Of a stretch of DNA of 64,000 nucleotides, positions 20,604-28,525 are shown piece by piece. The translations under genes were made by a program, and so were the position numbers. The DNA is taken from the NCBI GenBank assembly GCA_965204565.1, contig CBDBEU010000005.1, positions 516,366-580,365 of the forward strand, in the 5' to 3' direction. This DNA comes from Hyphomicrobiales bacterium. GTDB lineage: Bacteria > Pseudomonadota > Alphaproteobacteria > Rhizobiales > TMED25. Under the pieces are notes generated by a model, which saw only the letters and a program-made list of their open reading frames with translations, made no database searches and was not told the DNA's origin. How positions within the stretch are numbered: the stretch's first letter is position 1; each line of letters begins with the position of its first letter.

Positions 20604-20671
20604 CGCCACTTTCCATTGCCTCGCGTGAGTGGTGCTTTGACCATCCGGCGTGCAGGGCATATTCTCCATTC

Positions 20672-21283
20672 ATGATGCGTGTTGCCAGAGCATTGGCTGC
20701 AATATTGGCGGGTGCGTTTTTGACGCTTGCGACCGCAGTTCCAATACTGCTGATCCAAGTGCTGCCGGCCCACGCTGCCAGTGAAACGGTAGATCCCGAT
20801 CGCACTGAGATCCTCGACAATCTGTTCGAAAAGCTTGCAAAGGCCGACTCAGAACAAACCGCCGATTTGGTTGCCGTGTCGATCTGGCGCATCTGGAGCG
20901 ATTCCGGCAGCAATACCGTCAATCTCCTGCTTGCGCGCTCGCTCGAGGCGATCCAGGGCGAGGACTATGAATTGGCGCTGCAGATTCTGGACGAGGTGGT
21001 TCAGCTCGCGCCCGGGTTCGCGGAGGGCTGGAACAAGCGCGCCACCGTTCATTTCAAACTGAAGCACTATGGCGCCTCAATTCACGACATCCAGCGCACG
21101 CTGATTATCGAACCCCGTCATTTCAGTGCCATGGCCGGACTTGGCACAATGCTCAAGGAGACCGGGCGGCAAGAGGCCGCGCTTGAGGTCTTTCGCCGTA
21201 CATTGGCTCTTCATCCACAGCTCGAATCCGCGCGCAAGGCGATCAGGGAACTGGCGGTCGAGGTCGAAGGGCGTGACATTTAG
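20672..21283 (+). CDS. Tetratricopeptide-repeat protein with signal peptide
   Basis: 203 aa. N-terminal hydrophobic signal ...LPAHAAS. TPR-like helices (GFAEGWNKRATVHFKLKHYGASIHDIQRTLIIEPRHFSAMAGLG...). Confidence 0.8.
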   Translation: MMRVARALAAILAGAFLTLATAVPILLIQVLPAHAASETVDPDRTEILDNLFEKLAKADSEQTADLVAVSIWRIWSDSGSNTVNLLLARSLEAIQGEDYELALQILDEVVQLAPGFAEGWNKRATVHFKLKHYGASIHDIQRTLIIEPRHFSAMAGLGTMLKETGRQEAALEVFRRTLALHPQLESARKAIRELAVEVEGRDI

Positions 21284-21451
21284 CGGCAGCGCGATATACA
21301 GGGTTGAGACCAGCCTGTGCGGCATGTTTAAAGCCCGAAGGTATCTTTGCCTGTGGCGGTTCCTCGTGGGCCTTGGAGGCGATTTGAAGCCGCGCTGCCC
21401 GGACGGCGTCAGCGCACGCAATATAGTTGAGGCGGGGGCGGCATTTACACG

Positions 21452-22405
21452 ATGATCACGTTTCTTGTGCTGTTGGCATTGCTGGCAGCGGGCATTGTCG
21501 GGCTTGCCATTTGGTCGCGCATGCGGGCCTCGGCGCTCGAATACCGCTTCGAGCGTGCGGGCAGGGATGTCGAAGTTGACGGCGGAACGCTCAATGTTCT
21601 GTCGCTCGGCGATACCCGTTCCGAAGGTCCGCCGATTGTTCTTGTACATGGCGCGGGTGCCAACCTGATGGACCTCAAGGTCAGCATTGGCGACCGGCTG
21701 GCCCAAGACCGGCGCGTGGTGCTGATCGATCGGCCGGGTCACGGTTGGAGCGAGCGTATCGACCGGGAAGACATAGCCACTCCCGAAGGTCAGGCAATCG
21801 CCATCAGCCAGGCGCTGGCCAAGTTGGGAACCGAAAAACCGTTGATCGTTGGTCACGATTGGGGCGGCACGCTGGCGTTATCCTATGCCTTGAGTTTTCC
21901 AGAGGAGATTGCCGGCATAGTGACAATCGCGCCAATTTCGCATCCCTCCCCCGGCGGACTGTCGCTGGTGCACCGGCTTTGCGCAGCGCGTTACATCGGT
22001 CGAATCGCGAGTGAAATTTTGGCGCTCCTATTGGGCCCTGCCCGGCAGAGCATGATGCTCCGGCGCAGTTTTTCTCCGCAATCAGTGACCGGCGACTATC
22101 TCGATGCCGTGGGCACACCTCTGGCGCTTCGCCCGGCGAGCTTTCTTGCAAATGCGCAAGATATGGTAGCGCTTGATGTTTTTCTGAGCGATCAGTCGGT
22201 CTATTATGGCCAGATTTCCGTACCATTGGTGATCCTCACCGGCGATCTGGACAGCGTCACTTCACCCTCGCGCCACGCCGAAAGGCTCGCCAATGATGTG
22301 TACAATTCCCGGATTGTGATCCTCAACGATGTTGGCCATATGGCGCACCATTCCTCACCCAATGTGATCGCATTCGAGATCAACCGGCTGGCCGAAAATC
22401 TATAG
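21452..22405 (+). CDS. Alpha/beta-fold hydrolase with N-terminal membrane anchor
   Basis: 317 aa: PPIVLVHGAG..., nucleophile-elbow region VGHDWGG, C-terminal DVGHMAHH. Confidence 0.85.
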   Translation: MITFLVLLALLAAGIVGLAIWSRMRASALEYRFERAGRDVEVDGGTLNVLSLGDTRSEGPPIVLVHGAGANLMDLKVSIGDRLAQDRRVVLIDRPGHGWSERIDREDIATPEGQAIAISQALAKLGTEKPLIVGHDWGGTLALSYALSFPEEIAGIVTIAPISHPSPGGLSLVHRLCAARYIGRIASEILALLLGPARQSMMLRRSFSPQSVTGDYLDAVGTPLALRPASFLANAQDMVALDVFLSDQSVYYGQISVPLVILTGDLDSVTSPSRHAERLANDVYNSRIVILNDVGHMAHHSSPNVIAFEINRLAENL

Positions 22406-22443
22406 GTTCCCGGCCGATATTGGCTGATCTCGAAACTGGCTTA

Positions 22444-22686
22444 CTAAACACCATCCTCGGTCAGTTGCACCTTCCAGTTGGATTGCGTGCCAGTATCGAT
22501 CTCATAGCATCCGGATGTGTCGAATCCACGCTCCTTGCAATCCTTGATGCCGTCAATGGTGAACACCTTGGTCTGGGTGCACATCGGCGTGGCACCGCCC
22601 TTGTCCCAATCGCGCGCCAGAACATGGTAGTAGCGGCCGTCGAGCCGCAGAACATTTCGTCCGAGCTTGGCGTTGCGATCATTCGC
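22444..22686 (-). pseudogene. C-terminal fragment of a DUF1036-like periplasmic protein (N-terminus missing)
   Basis: Minus-strand translation ...GRYYHVLARDWDKGGATPMCTQTKVFTIDGIKDCKERGFDTSGCYEIDTGTQSNWKVQLTEDGV*. No start codon or signal peptide upstream. Family assignment is tentative. Confidence 0.35.
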
Positions 22687-22689
22687 CTA

Positions 22690-23042
22690 TACCAGATCCC
22701 GGTCTATCTTGAAGGCAACGTTATCGATCTGGGGGCTACCAGCTTGGCGTTGTCGTGGCCTGTAGCGGCCTGCGCTACCTCATTCCGTTCATGAGTCTTG
22801 GGTTTATCGGCGCCTATCTTTATCGTGGGCCATTCTGGCAGAAGGCCGTGGTTTTCCTGTCGGTGATCCTGATTACCATCATCATGAACAGCGCCCGCAT
22901 CGCGATGATCGGCGTGATTTCACAATATGTCGGGATTTCCTACGCTGAAGGTTTTCTGCATTACCTCGAAGGCTGGACGGTCTTCATCGCCTGTATCGGC
23001 ATTCTTTATGCCGTGATGGCGAGCCTAGCGGGTGTAGCGTGA
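22690..23042 (+). pseudogene. Exosortase (EpsH/Xrt family) fragment: 5'-truncated and frameshifted
   Basis: YQIPVYLEGNVIDLGATSLA (one frame), then VACSGLRYLIPFM...NSARIAMIG...FLHYLEGWTVF (next frame). This matches the conserved exosortase CSGLR, R and H motifs. The first ~100 aa are absent. Confidence 0.5.
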
Positions 23043-23154
23043 CACCCGGTTTGAGCTTTTTTGACACCGGGTTTGATCACAGTGCAGGTCACCTGTAGCG
23101 GCCGTTTTTGTCATATCGGCGGTGGCCAGGTATTGGTTTTATCGCTTCCGATCG

Positions 23155-23174
23155 TCTCTCTCTCTCTCTCTCTC
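23155..23174. repeat. (TC)10 dinucleotide microsatellite
   Basis: tctctctctctctctctctc read directly. It lies in the 163-bp gap between the exosortase fragment and phage gene D. Confidence 0.95.
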
Positions 23175-23205
23175 GAACACCTTTCAACATCCATTTGAAG
23201 GCCCC

Positions 23206-24201
23206 TCATTTCTTCGGCGTCTCCGGCGCTTCGACCTCGATTGTGGTTATGAATCCCGCCGAGCGTTCAAATGAGTGTGCGACGGCTCGTGCGCGCCACA
23301 TGCCATTCTCCGCGGGCCCGAAGCCGCTGGCGATCACATCGGCTTCCGCGGTTGCATCGACACGGCCATATTGTGTGAAGTGTCCTTCCGCGCGTGCCCG
23401 GTTCAGCCTGGTCGCCTCGGCCTTCGCGCCCTGCCTGGCGTCTTCCCTGTTCTTGAAATGAGACTTGATGGTGCGGATAGGCCCCTTGCCGCCGGTGTCG
23501 ACCGTTTCGAACCTGGTCTTTCCCTCCTTCGGATCATGCCACTTGGCGACCACCTTGCCGTAGCGCGGACGCGGCTTGCCAGAGATGCTCCAGTCGCGGC
23601 ATTCCGGCCGCGTGATCAGAACCGGCGCAAGAGAGCCGCCGGAGCTCTTTTTCCGGCTACCGCGCGACACAAACAGGAACCTGCCGCCACCGGCTTTGAA
23701 AATGGCGTTGTGGCGGTCTGCAAGGCGGGTGGCGAAGTCCAGGGGCGATTGGTCGCGCCGGGCTTCGTATTCGATTTCGATGCCTGACAGTTCGCCGTCG
23801 ACCTCGATCTGCGCACCATGCTCGCCGAATACCTTTTGCAGCATCGAGCCAAGCGTGGTGTCATCGAAATGTTCGGTCTTCTTCTGCTTGAGCTCTTCGC
23901 GGATATCCGCAGCGTGGGCGGTGACGGTCAGCAACAACCCGTCCGGTCCGCCGGCAGACGTGTAGCCGTCGACCACGAATTTGCCCATCGAGATGAGCGC
24001 GCCGCCGGCATAGCCGAACAGGGGTTCCAGAATGGCGCCTTCGTTCGGCAGGGCGATGGCATAACCGCGCCAGTCGAACGTGCATTCGAGCGTATCGCTT
24101 TCCTGTCCGCTTTCGTCCCTGATTCCGCACGAAATGAGCCTGGAATAGAAAATGCCGTTGACCGGCGAACCGCCTGCCAGCACCCTGATGACCGGACGCA
24201 T
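23206..24201 (-). CDS. Phage late control gene D protein (P2 gpD-like)
   Basis: 331 aa with characteristic gpD layout (RLISCGIRDESGQESDTLECTFD..., ...SPLDFATRLADRHNAIFKAGGGRFLF...). Last gene of the tail cluster. Confidence 0.9.
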   Translation of the reverse strand: MRPVIRVLAGGSPVNGIFYSRLISCGIRDESGQESDTLECTFDWRGYAIALPNEGAILEPLFGYAGGALISMGKFVVDGYTSAGGPDGLLLTVTAHAADIREELKQKKTEHFDDTTLGSMLQKVFGEHGAQIEVDGELSGIEIEYEARRDQSPLDFATRLADRHNAIFKAGGGRFLFVSRGSRKKSSGGSLAPVLITRPECRDWSISGKPRPRYGKVVAKWHDPKEGKTRFETVDTGGKGPIRTIKSHFKNREDARQGAKAEATRLNRARAEGHFTQYGRVDATAEADVIASGFGPAENGMWRARAVAHSFERSAGFITTIEVEAPETPKK

Positions 24202-24204
24202 GGA

Positions 24205-24447
24205 TCAGCCCCATAGCCGGTTCGGGCCGATCGGTGTTTCCGTCTCGGCATCCGGCATGACAATTTCGGTCCCGACCGGCACGTTGTGACTCACTTCCGC
24301 CAGGCCCGGATTGAGATCGAAGATTTGCTCGACATAACCGGAGAGCCGGGCGGCGCGGTCCGGGTCGTCAGGATAGAGCTTCTGGCGAAACCTCCAGGCG
24401 ATTTCCTCGATGCCCATTTCGGTGCCGGTGACCTTGACCGTCGCCAT
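24205..24447 (-). CDS. Phage tail protein X (P2 gpX-like)
   Basis: 80 aa in the conserved position between gpU and gpD. ...IFDLNPGLAEVSHNVPVGTEIVMP is LysM-like. Confidence 0.8.
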   Translation of the reverse strand: MATVKVTGTEMGIEEIAWRFRQKLYPDDPDRAARLSGYVEQIFDLNPGLAEVSHNVPVGTEIVMPDAETETPIGPNRLWG

Positions 24448-24860
24448 CAGAACAGCCCTCCAAATGCACCGCCCCCATAGGGGGAGACGGTGACCGGGAA
24501 TTCCAACTGCTTTCCCGCGCCGCTCCGGTCGATGTGAAATTGCGTGTCGGAAACCGTCTCAATGATGACCAGGCCGAAGACACGCCCCGGTGTCGCGCCC
24601 GAAAACCCGACCATCATCACAGGCGATCCGCGCGATTGTGTCGCGCGGATCGCCTCATATTCACCGCGCCCGCCGAATTCGTCGGGAAACAGCAGCCCGT
24701 TGACGGTCTGGCTGTCAGGTCCGAGGCCGGTGAACTGCCGCGCCGCATGGCCGCCGAACCGCTTGATCGCCGGCCATACGGCCTGGCTCTCGCGTTCGAG
24801 CTTCTGATAGTTAAGACCTGCGATCTCGAAGATATGCGGTCCGAGCGCCAGCAAAGCCAT
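24447..24860 (-). CDS. Phage tail protein U (P2 gpU-like)
   Basis: 137 aa: MALLALGPHIFEIAGLNYQKLERESQAVWPAIKRFGG...GLLFPDEFGGRGEYEAIR. Start overlaps the tape-measure stop. Confidence 0.85.
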   Translation of the reverse strand: MALLALGPHIFEIAGLNYQKLERESQAVWPAIKRFGGHAARQFTGLGPDSQTVNGLLFPDEFGGRGEYEAIRATQSRGSPVMMVGFSGATPGRVFGLVIIETVSDTQFHIDRSGAGKQLEFPVTVSPYGGGAFGGLF

Positions 24861-27718
24861 TATTCATCCACTCCGTCATGCAGAGCCGCAGCCTTGTTGC
24901 CGCCGCCCCGGCCGGCAGAAGCCGACACCCGCACATCGACCGATGCCTTCCTGATCTGCGCCGCCGCCGCCCGGCCGATTGCCGTTCCCACAGTCGTTGC
25001 GGAGGCGCGCAGTTTCTGTTCCGCCGTATTGCCAGGCTCATTTCCGGTGTCCGATGCCGACGATCTGAGCTTGTTTCCGGCCCGCTCCGCTCCAGCCTTG
25101 AGTGCATCGCCGACACGACCGGCATCGGATACGAAATCGGTGAACGCCTCGCCGATCTCGCGCTCCGCTTTTTCTTCACCGATCGGTCGCGGCGTCGGCA
25201 ATGCCGCACGCTCCCGGAAGGCGGCAAGGGCCGTTCCGAGTTCGCGACCGGCTGCGCTGAGCGACACGGACTGAACAGCCTGCGTCACTCGATCAAACCA
25301 TTGCGGGTTCGGTTCGGTCATTCCGGACCCGTCCGATTTCGGCGCATCGGGCTCTGGCGCGGTTGTCTCGGACGGTGCCGGTTGTTCCGGCTCATCGACA
25401 AAGCCGGCCTTCCATTGCGGGTTCGGTTCGGTCATTCCGGACCCGTCCGATTTCGGCGCATCGGGCTCTGGCGCGGTTGTCTCGGGCGGTGCCGATTGTT
25501 CCGGCTCATCGACAAAGCCGGCCTTTTCGGCGAACCATTTCATCCAGCTCGGCGGCTCCGGCCAATCGATATCGAATGAGATCAGCTCGCCAAGGGCATC
25601 AAACCTTGTACTGAACCAGTCTGTCAGGTCAGACCAGGCTTCTTCCATGCCGTCAATAATGAGCTCGACGATCAAAGTGCCAAGAGTGAACCGATATGTG
25701 ATTGCCGACCGGATCGCGTTCCCGAGCCACTTGCCGATGCGCCGGCCGGTCGCTTCGACCTCGCCCTTCTCGGCATCGCCGAGCTGCTCCTGCGTGAACA
25801 GGTCGGAAAAGAAATTGTCAACGGCGTCCCTGGCCCTGGCAAGCCGGGCATCAACGCCGGAGAAGTCGAACCAGCGGTCGAACGCGGCCATCGCCGCCTC
25901 GGCGTCTATTCCGATTATCCCGGCGATCTCGTCCACCCAGCCACGAACATCCGAGACAAGGCTTTCCCACTTGCCTGAAATCCATTCGATATCGGGTGCA
26001 AAAGCATCGTAAAGGCCGTCTCCAAAACCCTTCATGAACGCTTTGAAACGCTCCCGGTATTTGCAGAGCAGGAAGACAGCCGCTGCGATCAGGCCGACGG
26101 TGAGAACGACCGGCCATCCGGCAGCTGCGATCGCCGACAAGGCCGCAACGGCAGCGGTGCGCAAACCGGTAAACAGCGTCGTCAGAGCCGTTCCCCTGCC
26201 GAAGGTCGCAAGCATGTGCAATCCCGCCAGTGCGCCCTTGATCCGCCCGGGTGCGATCGATGCCAGAAACCAGCCGGCAGAACGGGCCAGACGACCGAAT
26301 ATCCGGCCGGCGCCGGCAAGCATCCTGATTGGCCCGGCCAATAGCGCCACATTGCGACCGGCGCGGCCAAAGCGCATGAACAGGCCAAGAAACCTGAACA
26401 GTCGCAGGCCGAACGCTGCCCAGAGGAAACCGGCCACGCGCGATGCAATGCCGAAGGCCAGCATTGCGGCTGCGCTCTGCACGAGCACGCTTGCCGGTTC
26501 CGGGTTGGCCTGTGCCCAGGCGGCAAACTGATCGGTTACGCCCCCGACGGTTTCCGCGGGCTTCAGTAGTGGCGGCAGCAACACCGTTCCGATCAGGATT
26601 GCGGTGCGAGTAAGCCGGTTTTTCAGCAGATCGAACTGCCTTGTCGCGCCAGATGCCTGTTTGCGGGCTTCCTCCACAGCCGAGCCGGCGTATGCGGCCG
26701 CATCACCGGTAAGTTCAAAGGCCTGTTTCAGCAGTTCGGGATTGCCGAGGAACTTGGCGAAGTCGTCGGCGAAGTCCTGACCGACCAGGGCGATAAGGGC
26801 TTCCATACCCTTTTTGTTTTCGGCCATTGCCGCAAACAGGTTCCGGATCGCCGCCGCGCCGTCTGTATCCAGGTCCCCCAGGAACTGCTCACGCGAGGTG
26901 CCAAGCGCCTCGAATGCGTCCTCGACACCCTTGGCGTTGGCCTCGACCCGGGTGGCCATGGCGTTGAAGCCGCGCGCCGCTGTCTCGGGTATGATGCCGG
27001 CTGCGATCATCGCCGCGCCAACCGAGCCGGTCTCGATTGCCGTCAAATTGAATATCTTCGCCGCGCCCGCTGCCCGATTGGCAAAATTCGTGATCTCCGC
27101 TGCCTTTGCCGCCATGTTGTTCGACAGGTGATTTGTCGCGTCGCCAAGGGTTTCCAAATCCTCCCGATTGAGGCGATAGACATTGCGCAGCCTGGCGAAA
27201 CGCTCGCCGATCTGCGCGCCGGCCATGTCGAAGGCGACGGCTGCGTTGGCCACATAGAGCGAGAAGGCTTCCAGTTCATTGACCGGCACGCCGCCCTGGG
27301 CGGCCTCGGCCATGAGTTCGATAATGTCCTTTGCCGCGACCGGGACAATGGCGCTGGTGTCGAGCGCGAATTTACGAAGCTCCTGAAGCCGCTTCAATGG
27401 GGCATCGACGACCTTTTCAAGGCCCTTGAATGACTGGTCGAAGTCAGCGGCGAGTTTCACCGGGGCGGCAAGCGACAGCGCCATGCCAAGCGCGCCGGTA
27501 AGGCGGGAACGTGCATGTGAGGCGCGGGCTTCAAGGCGGTTCAGACGATCGCCGAAGGCTCGCTCGTCAAAGCGGGCGGCAAGACCGGATGTGACGACCT
27601 CTTCCAGGCCGCGACCGAAATCGCGCACGCCCGTGCGCATCCCCTGAAGCGTCCTTTTGAATTTGGACGCTTCCGCCGAATATCGGTCTATCAGGGAGAC
27701 AATGACCGAGACGTTCAT
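24860..27718 (-). CDS. Phage tail tape measure protein (952 aa from the ATG at 27718)
   Basis: Long Ala/Gly-rich, helix-rich ORF between chaperone and gpU. ATG at 27716-27718 overlaps the chaperone stop (ATGA). The listed ORF extends to 27991 only because the frame stays open. Confidence 0.85.
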   Translation of the reverse strand: MNVSVIVSLIDRYSAEASKFKRTLQGMRTGVRDFGRGLEEVVTSGLAARFDERAFGDRLNRLEARASHARSRLTGALGMALSLAAPVKLAADFDQSFKGLEKVVDAPLKRLQELRKFALDTSAIVPVAAKDIIELMAEAAQGGVPVNELEAFSLYVANAAVAFDMAGAQIGERFARLRNVYRLNREDLETLGDATNHLSNNMAAKAAEITNFANRAAGAAKIFNLTAIETGSVGAAMIAAGIIPETAARGFNAMATRVEANAKGVEDAFEALGTSREQFLGDLDTDGAAAIRNLFAAMAENKKGMEALIALVGQDFADDFAKFLGNPELLKQAFELTGDAAAYAGSAVEEARKQASGATRQFDLLKNRLTRTAILIGTVLLPPLLKPAETVGGVTDQFAAWAQANPEPASVLVQSAAAMLAFGIASRVAGFLWAAFGLRLFRFLGLFMRFGRAGRNVALLAGPIRMLAGAGRIFGRLARSAGWFLASIAPGRIKGALAGLHMLATFGRGTALTTLFTGLRTAAVAALSAIAAAGWPVVLTVGLIAAAVFLLCKYRERFKAFMKGFGDGLYDAFAPDIEWISGKWESLVSDVRGWVDEIAGIIGIDAEAAMAAFDRWFDFSGVDARLARARDAVDNFFSDLFTQEQLGDAEKGEVEATGRRIGKWLGNAIRSAITYRFTLGTLIVELIIDGMEEAWSDLTDWFSTRFDALGELISFDIDWPEPPSWMKWFAEKAGFVDEPEQSAPPETTAPEPDAPKSDGSGMTEPNPQWKAGFVDEPEQPAPSETTAPEPDAPKSDGSGMTEPNPQWFDRVTQAVQSVSLSAAGRELGTALAAFRERAALPTPRPIGEEKAEREIGEAFTDFVSDAGRVGDALKAGAERAGNKLRSSASDTGNEPGNTAEQKLRASATTVGTAIGRAAAAQIRKASVDVRVSASAGRGGGNKAAALHDGVDE
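25298..25525. repeat. Perfect-looking 2 x 114-bp tandem duplication inside the tape measure gene
   Basis: Units at 25298-25411 and 25412-25525. They encode ...AGFVDEPEQ(S/P)AP(P/S)ETTAPEPDAPKSDGSGMTEPNPQW twice (38 aa each). Confidence 0.9.
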
Positions 27719-27984
27719 GGATTGCCGCCTCCGTCGGCTCCAGCTTTCAGAGCACCGGCAATTGCATTCAGAAGCCGGCCATTGTCCCGATCGGCGGCGG
27801 CAAGCGCCCTGTCCCCATCGCCCGACAACAAAATGGTCACGATGTCCTTGCCGAACAGCTTGATCAGTTCCAGGACGTTGGCGGTCTTCGGGCGGCTGAT
27901 CGTCAGCTTTGAGATCGCCGCATTGCCCTCCAGTTCGATCGGAAAGGTGAGCCTGACGTCTACCGAGCTTGCCGCCTTCGTCAT
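27715..27984 (-). CDS. Phage tail assembly chaperone (P2 gpE-position protein)
   Basis: 89 aa located between the tube and tape measure genes, with ATGA overlaps at both ends. Confidence 0.7.
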   Translation of the reverse strand: MTKAASSVDVRLTFPIELEGNAAISKLTISRPKTANVLELIKLFGKDIVTILLSGDGDRALAAADRDNGRLLNAIAGALKAGADGGGNP

Positions 27985-28514
27985 CCGCCAACCCTCAGGA
28001 TGCGGCGATGATCGTCACCGACGCCCGTGCCGTTGAGAATGGTCCAGCCGCCAGGCCGGAAGTTGAACGCGCGTATGACCTTCTTGTCGTGCACCTCGGA
28101 ATACCAGGTCACTGCCGAAAGCATGTGATCGTAGCCGGCCTTCTCGCCGCCCTTCATCTGTTCGGGATCGATCTTCATCAGACGGGCCTTGATATCGACC
28201 GTCACCTCGATTGCGCGGCCGCTGTCGTCGTGGTCATCGAACAGCGACTTGACCGCCGTGAACGAAGTGCGCTGCCCCGGCGGACTACCGAACAGCACGT
28301 CCATGCCAGGATTGTGCGAGACCAGCTTGAAGGGCAGTTCCAGCTTGTTGGTGATGCCGAGCGGGACCGCTGTTTCGCCGGTGCCGCCTCCCGGCGTGAA
28401 GTCGAAGCTTTTTTCTTCCAGGACCGGAAGCTTCATCTCCTCGATTTCGATGGTCAGCGCCATGGTGTCCCCGGCAATCAGGGTAAATCCGCGAAGCAGG
28501 CGAAGATTGTTCAT
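27981..28514 (-). CDS. Phage major tail tube protein (P2 FII-like)
   Basis: 177 aa. N-terminal ...LRGFTLIAGD...MKLPVLEEKSFDFTPGGG and C-terminal ...NGTGVGDDHRRILRVGG parallel P2 FII. RBS AAGGAG upstream. Confidence 0.85.
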   Translation of the reverse strand: MNNLRLLRGFTLIAGDTMALTIEIEEMKLPVLEEKSFDFTPGGGTGETAVPLGITNKLELPFKLVSHNPGMDVLFGSPPGQRTSFTAVKSLFDDHDDSGRAIEVTVDIKARLMKIDPEQMKGGEKAGYDHMLSAVTWYSEVHDKKVIRAFNFRPGGWTILNGTGVGDDHRRILRVGG

Positions 28515-28525
28515 GTCGGTTCTCC

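Noticed and set aside
23108-23461. 117-aa plus-strand ORF spanning the (TC)10 tract and running antisense into gene D
   Set aside because: It translates the microsatellite as SLSLSL, overlaps the well-supported gpD gene on the other strand, and has no start context.
24860-27991. 1043-aa version of the tape measure ORF starting at TTG 27991
   Set aside because: The extra 91 N-terminal codons fully overlap the chaperone gene in another frame and are Arg/Gly-rich off-frame-like sequence. The ATG at 27718 forms an ATGA overlap with the chaperone stop, like the other junctions in the operon. The open frame is discussed as a finding, not as the gene start.
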